This document shows, in pieces, positions 39,423 to 47,315 of a stretch of 64,000 nucleotides of DNA. The notes under the pieces are model-generated. The model ran no database searches. It worked only from the letters and a program-made list of their open reading frames with translations, and had not been told where the DNA came from. The first letter of the stretch is position 1, and each line of letters begins with the position of its first letter. The stretch lies in assembly GCA_043812915.1 (NCBI GenBank), contig JBDRLQ010000001.1, positions 1-64,000 on the forward strand, in the 5' to 3' direction. Source of the stretch: Candidatus Micrarchaeota archaeon (lineage in GTDB: Archaea; Micrarchaeota; Micrarchaeia; Anstonellales; Bilamarchaeaceae). The position numbers and the translations under genes were made by a program.

Positions 39423-40208
39423 TTGGTGTTTCTTAATCGTGCAATCACAGTGGCTGCCCTTGTCGGCGGATTCCTTGCAATCATCGTTTCCCTTGTTTAT
39501 TCGAACCCGCTTATCCCGATTATCGCAGGCTTTCTCTTCCTACTGACGCTTTTCCTCTGGAAATACGGATACCTGATAATCCCGATGATTACCAAGGCTA
39601 CGAACATCATCGAGGTCCGCGGGGCGTATGAGGTCCCGCCAACGCGCGACTACATAATGAAGAAGAACCGGAACGGCTACTACGCCACCAAGTTCATGGA
39701 AGTTAGGTTCTATGAGAGCTCGATGGACAAGTCCTCCGATGAGAAGAAGACGATGTTCGAGGCCTTCGAGAAGGCAATCAGCTCGCTGAAATATGTAGTC
39801 CGAATCACGATGATGATCTCCGCGCTTGACCTCTCAACGCACATAGATGAAATCAAGACCAAGAGGAGCTCCGCCGAGACCAAGAAGTCCAAGGCGGGCC
39901 AGCTTGCCCAGGATGAGCGGGTCCGGACCGACCGGGAAATCGCCATGTGGAACCGCCTGCTTGACCGCATCACGCAGGGCGAGAGGCCGGTGGAACTAAT
40001 CGCATACGCGTCAACCACCGCCTTCGGCCTGACAAGGGACGAGGCGCTAAGCCGCGTCTCAAGGCAGTCAAAGGAGCTGAGGACAATCCTCTCCAGCTCG
40101 CTCGGCTGCGACATCCGGGAGCTTTCTGATTTGGAGATGCTCAAATGCTTTGAATGGGATTATTTCTTCCCCACAACTCAGGAGGAAATCAAGGACGCAG
40201 TGTTCTGA
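39423..40208 (+). CDS. Two N-terminal TMs plus a VirB4 N-terminal-like domain
   Basis: TTG start with GAGGTGA SD. Coiled segment, then DEALSRV..EL..IL..LG..IRELSDLEM, typical of VirB4/CedB N-domains. Confidence 0.65.
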   Translation: MVFLNRAITVAALVGGFLAIIVSLVYSNPLIPIIAGFLFLLTLFLWKYGYLIIPMITKATNIIEVRGAYEVPPTRDYIMKKNRNGYYATKFMEVRFYESSMDKSSDEKKTMFEAFEKAISSLKYVVRITMMISALDLSTHIDEIKTKRSSAETKKSKAGQLAQDERVRTDREIAMWNRLLDRITQGERPVELIAYASTTAFGLTRDEALSRVSRQSKELRTILSSSLGCDIRELSDLEMLKCFEWDYFFPTTQEEIKDAVF

Positions 40209-40338
40209 TTTCTCCCCCTCTCTTTTCCCCAGCACATCAAAATATTTATATACTCCACTACACACTATCTTCTGAGAGTTACGGGATAGCTGCTAGCTTC
40301 TCTGCTCTACCATCAAAGTGACAGGAGGAATGTAACGA

Positions 40339-41787
40339 ATGGGTTTGAAACAATCCTACATGCTTTCGCAGGAACTTGCAAGGAAAATGATTGTGGTTCA
40401 CCCTCCTGAACCGCGGAAAGAGCTCCTCCTGGCGCAGCCGGACCAGGGGGTGTATGTCGGAAAGACCCGGTTCCTCGGAACGCCCGTGTTCTGGGACCCC
40501 TCAAAACTGATCAATCCTCATCTTGCCATCATCGGAATCACGGGTTCCGGAAAATCATACACAGTAAAGACTTTTCTGACAAGGGCCTCTCTCATCTGGA
40601 ACACCAACGCAATCATCCTGGACTGGGTGGGCGAATACAACAAGTGGGTGAAGCAGGCGGGCGGCAGGGTGGTCGACCTCTCGAAGGAGCGGCTTAACCT
40701 TCTTGACCTGATGGACCTGCCCAAGCGCAGCAGGATAAGGCAGATTATCTCCGCCCTTGACATACTTATCGACCTCAAGAGCTATCCTAATGAGAGGGAC
40801 GAGATTGAAGAGGCCCTCGAGTCCATATACGAGCGCAAGAAAAAAAAGGCGAACCTTGTGGATGTCGTGAAGTTCCTTGAGAAGAAGGATCTGAAGCGCT
40901 CTGCGAGGCTGCTAAAGAGGTTCACCGTTGAGGGCACTGATTTCTTTGCCGGAAAATCCACCGTGGACATCACGCAATTGTCCAATTCCGGCCTTGTCTG
41001 CATCGACCTGCACTCGCTCCCGACCGAGGAGATGCGCTCTTTGGCGGGCCTGACAATCCTGCAGTACATCAAGGAGATGATGCGCACCGAGGGCATTGGC
41101 GAGGACAACAAGCACGTGCGCCTTTTCGTGGTGCTGGACGAGGCATGGAAAATAGCGCAGGATGAGCGCAGCGACGTGGTCGCGATAGTCCGCGAAGGCC
41201 GCAAATACAACTTCTCGCTCATCATAGCTACGCAGAACCCGACAGACATGCATAAGACGATATTTTCCAATATCGGCACAATCGTCACCCTCCGCCTCAT
41301 ACTGAGGGAGTACCGTGATTATGTGAGGAATTCAATCGGCTATTCCAACTTCATAGATGATGAGATTGGCAAGTTCGGTGTCGGTGACGCCGCCGTCAGC
41401 ATGATGTTCGCCCAGAGGCAGACAAAGGTGATGACATTCCTTATGGACAAGATAGATGGGGAGGAGCCTCTTTTCCTCTTCAGGATACGGGGTGTAAAAA
41501 TGGATGTTGAGATTGAGAGGGAACAATTTGTTCGGATGCTTTACGAGCTGGGCCTGACCGAGTCGCAGCTGAACCTGGTCAAATCAGAATTCGAGAAGAG
41601 TGATGGTTTGCTTGATGGCGAGATGCTGGTCGAGATATTCGAGAAGTTCGGGTACTCCAGGCCATCCATCATGTCATTCCTCAGGCAGCTGGGCGTGGAT
41701 GAGAAGAACCTCATCAAGATATTCTCGCTGGTGAAGATGAGGAAGGCCAGGAAAGGCGTAGTGAACGTGGTATTTGACGAGCAGTGA
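40339..41787 (+). CDS. VirB4/CedB/HerA-family ATPase
   Basis: NPHLAIIGITGSGKS (Walker A), LDWVGEY, VVLDEAW (Walker B), REGRKYNFSLIIATQ. Confidence 0.9.
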   Translation: MGLKQSYMLSQELARKMIVVHPPEPRKELLLAQPDQGVYVGKTRFLGTPVFWDPSKLINPHLAIIGITGSGKSYTVKTFLTRASLIWNTNAIILDWVGEYNKWVKQAGGRVVDLSKERLNLLDLMDLPKRSRIRQIISALDILIDLKSYPNERDEIEEALESIYERKKKKANLVDVVKFLEKKDLKRSARLLKRFTVEGTDFFAGKSTVDITQLSNSGLVCIDLHSLPTEEMRSLAGLTILQYIKEMMRTEGIGEDNKHVRLFVVLDEAWKIAQDERSDVVAIVREGRKYNFSLIIATQNPTDMHKTIFSNIGTIVTLRLILREYRDYVRNSIGYSNFIDDEIGKFGVGDAAVSMMFAQRQTKVMTFLMDKIDGEEPLFLFRIRGVKMDVEIEREQFVRMLYELGLTESQLNLVKSEFEKSDGLLDGEMLVEIFEKFGYSRPSIMSFLRQLGVDEKNLIKIFSLVKMRKARKGVVNVVFDEQ

Positions 41788-41792
41788 TTGGC

Positions 41793-42503
41793 ATGGAAGA
41801 GGAGAAGATAACGGTAAAGGGGAACCTGAAGGGAGAGCAGGGGCTCAGCACCCTCGCGCGGCTGATGGGGGAGCTTGGCTTTTCAAAGATATCCTATGAC
41901 AAGGACAAGCTCGTTGTCGAGAAGATAAAGGGCCATGACCTTAGCGGAAAGCCATTCCTGGAATACCGCATGAGATTCACGGGCAAGCTGATTGAATTCA
42001 CATACAACGTCCCGCCCAAAAAGAGCAGCAGGGCAATCCTCCTTGAGCTTCTCCCGACTTTCCTTAGCGTGCTGCAGGTGGCGGAAGACTACTATGAGAT
42101 TGCCCCGTCGGCTATGTACGGGCACATAAGCGGAGTCCTGAAGGAAACCGTCAAGGTGATGGGCAAGGATGTAGTGGAGCTCTCCACGACGCTTAGCGAC
42201 ATAGAGGTCAAGCACAACGACCTTACGATGAAATATGATGACCTGCTGCGCTCAAGCGAGGCGAACGCGAAGATCCTCCTTGAGACTGAGAGGCGCAGGG
42301 ACGAACTGGCAAAGAGGGTAGAGACGCTCACGAAAATCAGCGATGATACCCTCAGGGAATCTCTCTACGACTGGATTCGCATGCACGGGGGGAGCATCAA
42401 CATGCGCGAGTTCGCAAGGACGAATTCGGTTTCAGTGCCCCGCATAGAGGAAGGCCTGAACAGTCTTATATCGGAGGGCTTCATCAAGAGGAGGCTGGAT
42501 TAG
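41793..42503 (+). CDS. Coiled-coil protein with a C-terminal winged helix
   Basis: Heptads, then LYDWIRMHGGSINMREFA..VSVPRIEEGLNSLISEGFI. Confidence 0.75.
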   Translation: MEEEKITVKGNLKGEQGLSTLARLMGELGFSKISYDKDKLVVEKIKGHDLSGKPFLEYRMRFTGKLIEFTYNVPPKKSSRAILLELLPTFLSVLQVAEDYYEIAPSAMYGHISGVLKETVKVMGKDVVELSTTLSDIEVKHNDLTMKYDDLLRSSEANAKILLETERRRDELAKRVETLTKISDDTLRESLYDWIRMHGGSINMREFARTNSVSVPRIEEGLNSLISEGFIKRRLD

Positions 42504-42641
42504 ATGGATGAAGGGCAGAATGATGAAATCAGCTTTATCATCGCGCAGAACTACCCGGCAGTCCGGAAATTCGTTGTGCAGAAGCCGATGAAGAAATCGA
42601 TAATGGATTCCTTCAAGGAACTGCTGGTCGGCAGAGGGTGA
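42504..42641 (+). CDS. Possible 45-aa small protein
   Basis: ATG immediately after the upstream TAG. MDEGQNDEISFIIAQNYPAVRKFVVQKPMKKSIMDSFKELLVGRG fills the gap to purD. Confidence 0.5.
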   Translation: MDEGQNDEISFIIAQNYPAVRKFVVQKPMKKSIMDSFKELLVGRG

Positions 42642-42646
42642 ACTAA

Positions 42647-43960
42647 ATGAAAGTGCTAATTGTCGGGAATGGCGCCAGGGAGCATGTGATTGCGCAGAAG
42701 CTGGCGAAAGATTCTGAGGTATATGCGGTAATGTCAAAGCTCAACCCTGCAATCGCGAGGCTCTGCAGGAAGCACTGGATATGCGACATTGAGAATCCCG
42801 GGGAAGTGAAGAGGGTAATCGCAGGGGAGCGGTTCGACCTGGGCTTCTCAAGCCCGGACGGCACTCTTGCGGCTGGTGTCAGCGACGCGCTAAAGGAGCA
42901 TGGCATGAAGGTCGCCTCGCCCACCCAGGCCGCCTCGCGAATAGAATGGGACAAGAGCTTCATGCGGAACCTGATGAAGAGCCACAACATAGAGGGCATG
43001 CCGAGGATTGAGCTGCCCGGCAATATCGAGGATGCGAAGAAGGCGGTGGATGAGATTGGCGAAGTGGCGGTAAAGCCCCTTGGCCTCACTGGCGGAAAGG
43101 GGGTTCGCATTTCCGGAGAGCATTTCAGCGAGCATGGGGAGATCATCTCCTACTGTGATGACCTAATCAGGAAGGATGGCAAGGTGCTCATAGAGGAGAA
43201 GCTTGTCGGGGAGGAATTCACGCTGCAGGCTTTCTGCGACGGGAACACGATGGCCGCCATGCCGCCTGTCCAGGACCACAAGCGCGCCTTCGAAGGGGAC
43301 CGGGGTCCGAATACCGGCGGTATGGGCTCATATTCAACCGGCAGGATGCTCCCGTTCCTCAAGGAATCAGACCTTGAGCAGGCAAAGAAGATAATGCAGG
43401 GCGTGCTCGATGCACTAAAAGCAGAGGGCGCGCCTTTCACCGGGGTGCTCTACGGCCAGTTCATGGCCACAAGGGACGGGCTCAAGGTGATAGAGTTCAA
43501 CGCAAGGTTCGGGGACCCGGAGGCGATGAATGTCCTCAGCCTGCTGGAGAGCTCACTATCCGAGATATTCCTCTCAATGGCTGAGGGAAGCCTGGCGGAG
43601 CCTGTATTCTCTGAGGATGCGACTGTTGTGAAATACCTTGTCCCGACCTGGTATCCGGACAGCCCTGCCGCGGCGCTCCCGACGCTTGAAACCGAAGTGT
43701 CCGTGGATAACGCTGCAGTGCGGTCCGCTGGCGCGGAGGTGTACTATGCCTCTGTGTTCGAGGATGAAGGGAAAATACATGTAACACTATCACGCTCATT
43801 CGGAGTCCTCGGAAGGGCCAGGAGCGTAGAGGAAGCCGAAAAGATTGCTGAATCCGCCTGCAGCGCGTTCAGCGGACCACTGAAGCACAGGAAAGACATC
43901 GGAACTGCCCCGCTCATCCGGAAACGGGCTGAGCACATGAAGGAGCTCCGCGGACAATGA
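42647..43960 (+). CDS. purD: Phosphoribosylamine--glycine ligase
   Basis: GNGAREH, GGKGV, QDHKRAFEGDRGPNTGGMG, EFNARFGDPE. Confidence 0.98.
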   Translation: MKVLIVGNGAREHVIAQKLAKDSEVYAVMSKLNPAIARLCRKHWICDIENPGEVKRVIAGERFDLGFSSPDGTLAAGVSDALKEHGMKVASPTQAASRIEWDKSFMRNLMKSHNIEGMPRIELPGNIEDAKKAVDEIGEVAVKPLGLTGGKGVRISGEHFSEHGEIISYCDDLIRKDGKVLIEEKLVGEEFTLQAFCDGNTMAAMPPVQDHKRAFEGDRGPNTGGMGSYSTGRMLPFLKESDLEQAKKIMQGVLDALKAEGAPFTGVLYGQFMATRDGLKVIEFNARFGDPEAMNVLSLLESSLSEIFLSMAEGSLAEPVFSEDATVVKYLVPTWYPDSPAAALPTLETEVSVDNAAVRSAGAEVYYASVFEDEGKIHVTLSRSFGVLGRARSVEEAEKIAESACSAFSGPLKHRKDIGTAPLIRKRAEHMKELRGQ

Positions 43961-45204
43961 AGAGTATAATATTGCTTCTGCTTCTTGTATCAGCCTCATA
44001 TTCCAGTTTCGGCTATTCCAGGATAGAGCTGGAGCGCATATGGACCATAGAGGCTCCGGAACCTGGCGCGCATGTCACGTTTGAGGGGATGCTCGTTTTC
44101 AATGACAGCTTCCAGAAAGTTTATCTCATCCATACCGAGCCCGAGATGGACATGATGGAGGACGAGAACGGAAGCATAAGGCTGCAGTACGAGGGCACCA
44201 TGGACGGCACTGTCCTGCGCCTTAAAGGAAGCACGCTCGTGGAGCTATATTACAACACCTCACTGAAGGAGGATCCTCCGCTTCCGGAGGGGGAACTGGG
44301 CTATACAGAGCTCACGATGCCCAATCAGGCAATCCGCATGCAGGCGCAGGCGCTGAAAGAGGATACGGCGCTCGAAACCATCCGGAACCTGGCCAACTGG
44401 GTGCACCAGAATGTGGAATATGACCTTGGCTACTGGGGGCAGACAAGAACGGCGGAGGAGATATTCAGCCAGCGCAGGGGCGTATGCGTTCAATATTCGC
44501 ACCTTTTCATCTCCATGGCCCGCTCCCTCGGGCTTCAGACGAGGTATGTAAGCGGATATGTCAATGTCAACCGCGCCTGGCAGGCCCATGCCTGGACAGA
44601 GGTCTACGTGCCTGATTATGGATGGCTTCCCGTGGACCCCACATTCGGGGAGGTTGGGACCCTTGACAATTCGCACCTGATAATCGCCTATGGAACGGAC
44701 CAGGAGTCAATATACGACAGCCTTTTCTCGAACAAGCCGGACACCCTGTTTTCGGTTGATGACTCACTGAGCGCAAAGCTTGATTCCGAGGACCCGCACG
44801 GAATCCAGATGCTGCTCTCATTCCAGAGGGAGCTGCTCACCCTGGAGGTAACCGTGAGGAACACGGATGATGATTACCAGTTCGCGACATACTCATATGC
44901 GGCTCCGGAAGACTACGGCGGCCAGGTGGGCGAAATCATACTCCTGAAGCCGAATGAGGAGCGGCACTTCTACTACAGCCTGAACAATTCGCTTTTTCAA
45001 GATGGCTACACATACAGGATACCCGTAAGGGCATCTGCCAACGATGCCGTGGCTGAGGAGGAGATTGTTATCAACAGGCCGCACCAGCAGGAGACTGCGG
45101 CAGAAAGCGTGCAGGAAGCAACTTCCTGCCTTCTGCCATCGCTGGTGTTCATGCTCATCCTGTTCATTTCCTCCCTGGCCATCTTCGAGCGGAAATATCG
45201 GTGA
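43957..45204 (+). CDS. Secreted transglutaminase-like protein with a C-terminal anchor
   Basis: Signal peptide, Cys-His-Asp triad GVC/HAW/DPT, and C-terminal SC-TM-RKYR. Confidence 0.88.
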   Translation: MKSIILLLLLVSASYSSFGYSRIELERIWTIEAPEPGAHVTFEGMLVFNDSFQKVYLIHTEPEMDMMEDENGSIRLQYEGTMDGTVLRLKGSTLVELYYNTSLKEDPPLPEGELGYTELTMPNQAIRMQAQALKEDTALETIRNLANWVHQNVEYDLGYWGQTRTAEEIFSQRRGVCVQYSHLFISMARSLGLQTRYVSGYVNVNRAWQAHAWTEVYVPDYGWLPVDPTFGEVGTLDNSHLIIAYGTDQESIYDSLFSNKPDTLFSVDDSLSAKLDSEDPHGIQMLLSFQRELLTLEVTVRNTDDDYQFATYSYAAPEDYGGQVGEIILLKPNEERHFYYSLNNSLFQDGYTYRIPVRASANDAVAEEEIVINRPHQQETAAESVQEATSCLLPSLVFMLILFISSLAIFERKYR

Positions 45205-45208
45205 TTTG

Positions 45209-45823
45209 ATGCAGGGGAACACGGGCGCGCTGATGTCCAGGCTGGGCCGCGCGCAGAAGGAAATGGGCGCCATCGTCCGCAGTAGGATGGAGGAATTCGC
45301 CTCCAACAGCAACTGGTTCTCAGAGCTGTGCTTCTGCATCCTGACGGCGAATTACACCGCGGAAGGCGGAATCCGAATCCAGAACTCAGTAAAGGATTTC
45401 TCCGGGCTTTCCCGCCAGAAGATAGAGAAGGTGCTTCGCAGCCATGGCTACCGGTTCCCCAAAGTCCGCTCGGAATTCCTGTTCCTGGCAGGGAAGCACC
45501 GCGATTCCCTCCATTCCCTCCCATTGATGGAGAATTCCTTGGAACGGAGGGAATGGCTGGTGAAGAACGTGAAGGGCATCGGGTACAAGGAGGCGAGCCA
45601 TTTCCTGCGCAATGTTGGCTTTTCGGATGTCGCGATAATAGACCGGCATATCCTGTCTGTCCTCTGCCAGCACCAGCTGATAGAGATGCCAAAAACGCTC
45701 ACGAAAAGAAGGTATCTGGAAATAGAAAGGACGCTCGCGGGTATTGCCAGGAAGGCCTCAATGTCCCTTGGCGAGCTTGATTTGTATCTCTGGTACTTGA
45801 AAACCGGTAAAGTGCTCAAGTAG
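45209..45823 (+). CDS. ogg: 8-oxoguanine DNA glycosylase/AP lyase (Ogg2 type)
   Basis: ELCFCILTAN, HhH VKGIGYKEASHFLRNVG, IIDRH, C-terminal GKVLK. Confidence 0.96.
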   Translation: MQGNTGALMSRLGRAQKEMGAIVRSRMEEFASNSNWFSELCFCILTANYTAEGGIRIQNSVKDFSGLSRQKIEKVLRSHGYRFPKVRSEFLFLAGKHRDSLHSLPLMENSLERREWLVKNVKGIGYKEASHFLRNVGFSDVAIIDRHILSVLCQHQLIEMPKTLTKRRYLEIERTLAGIARKASMSLGELDLYLWYLKTGKVLK

Positions 45824-45825
45824 CG

Positions 45826-46173
45826 CTATTCCCCGAATTTTGTGGCAACGACATCGGCAATCGCACCGTATGCCGCTCCGAAGACCAGCAGTATCGCGGC
45901 CCCGCTTCCGCCGGGAATCATTATCGCGATGCTCACGATTGCTCCTATAAGTGCCCCACGAAGGGCTGCGTTCGGCAGCTTGGATTTCAGCAGGCTCATA
46001 TGGCCGGCAAGGCCCACCATGAAGCCAATCAGCACCCGGTTATAGAATATCATCCCTAGCAAAGACATGGTCACAATAACTCCTGGAATCTGCACCATGG
46101 TCGTCCCATACGCGCAGAAGAGCCCGAACAGGATTGAGATGCCCAATGCGATTAGCATTCGTTTCGTGTTCAT
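45826..46173 (-). CDS. Small four-TM membrane protein
   Basis: Hydrophobic helices, YNRVLIG and LRGALIG. GAGGTGA SD. Confidence 0.8.
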   Translation of the reverse strand: MNTKRMLIALGISILFGLFCAYGTTMVQIPGVIVTMSLLGMIFYNRVLIGFMVGLAGHMSLLKSKLPNAALRGALIGAIVSIAIMIPGGSGAAILLVFGAAYGAIADVVATKFGE

Positions 46174-46192
46174 TCATCATCACCTCTGAGTA

Positions 46193-47182
46193 TCATACTA
46201 TGCAGATTTTCGGAGGACTCCTAAGGAGCAGCTCCACTAGGGTCACCGAATTCTTTATGTCATCCAGGTGCGCCATGCTTGCTGGTGTGTGCATGTTCTT
46301 TATCGCGACTCCAACGACCGCGGTGGGCACGCCGCCCCTGGAGAGCGAGATGCTCAGGGCGTCCGTTGTGCCGCTGTCGCTTACCTCCAGCTGCACCTTC
46401 ATCCGCTTCCTTTTGGCTATTGCCTCCATCCAGCCGTTTATGCACCTGTTGCCAATCATCTCGGAATCCATTATTGTTATGCAGGGGCCTTCCCCCATCT
46501 TCCTTGACTCGCCATTGGCATCGGTGACATCCACAACGATTGCCCAGTCGGGCTTGATGTCATACGCCGAAATCTTCGCGCCGTACATCCCCATCTCCTC
46601 CTGGACAGTAAATACGTAGAAAATCTCCTCCTTCGCCTTCTTGAGCCTCTTGGCAAGCTCAATTAGCACAAAGCAGCCGAGCCTGTCATCAAGCGCCTTG
46701 CCGGCTATAATCTTCTCTGAGCCCATCGTGGCGTAGCCGCTGTTGTAGAATGAGATGTATGTGCCTATCCTGATTCCACTCCTTTCCAGCTCCTTCTTCG
46801 TAAGCCCGGTGTCCACATAGAGATTCTCCATGGCCGGCAGTTCCTTTATCTCCTCACCGCGGCTGAGCTCCTTGGTGGTTATCACACCCTTAATCTTGCC
46901 AAGGCTAACCCTCCGGCATATGAGGGCAGCCCCGTCCAGGCCGCCGACAGCCGAGAATCTTATCTTTCCATCATCCTCGATTTCCCTGACCATCAGCCCC
47001 ACTTCGTCCATATGCGCGGCAAGCATCACGGTTGGCTTTGTGCCTTTCTTGTGCGCAACTAAGTTCCCGACCTTGTCAATCCGGATGCTGTCCACATGCG
47101 GCCCGATTTCTTTTTTGATGATTTTCCGCACGTCGTCCTCCATCCCGCTGATGCCGACCGCGTTGATTAGTTTGTCAAGCAT
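46193..47182 (-). CDS. M42 (TET-like) aminopeptidase
   Basis: AAHMDEVG, KALDDRLG, QEEMG, VDV, GTTDA, MHT. Confidence 0.95.
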   Translation of the reverse strand: MLDKLINAVGISGMEDDVRKIIKKEIGPHVDSIRIDKVGNLVAHKKGTKPTVMLAAHMDEVGLMVREIEDDGKIRFSAVGGLDGAALICRRVSLGKIKGVITTKELSRGEEIKELPAMENLYVDTGLTKKELERSGIRIGTYISFYNSGYATMGSEKIIAGKALDDRLGCFVLIELAKRLKKAKEEIFYVFTVQEEMGMYGAKISAYDIKPDWAIVVDVTDANGESRKMGEGPCITIMDSEMIGNRCINGWMEAIAKRKRMKVQLEVSDSGTTDALSISLSRGGVPTAVVGVAIKNMHTPASMAHLDDIKNSVTLVELLLRSPPKICIV

Positions 47183-47315
47183 GAATATCACTGGATGTAG
47201 ATTCAAATAGAATTCTTATAACTATTTGTGGAATATCCCTCTTTTTTTAAGGAAACGCTGGTTCTGGATTCATAAACTTAATTTTATATATGTTAGTGTG
47301 TGTATATTATCAACT

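Noticed and set aside
38346..42641. Integrated conjugative element
   Set aside because: No relaxase, coupling protein, integrase or att repeats, and composition matches the flanks.
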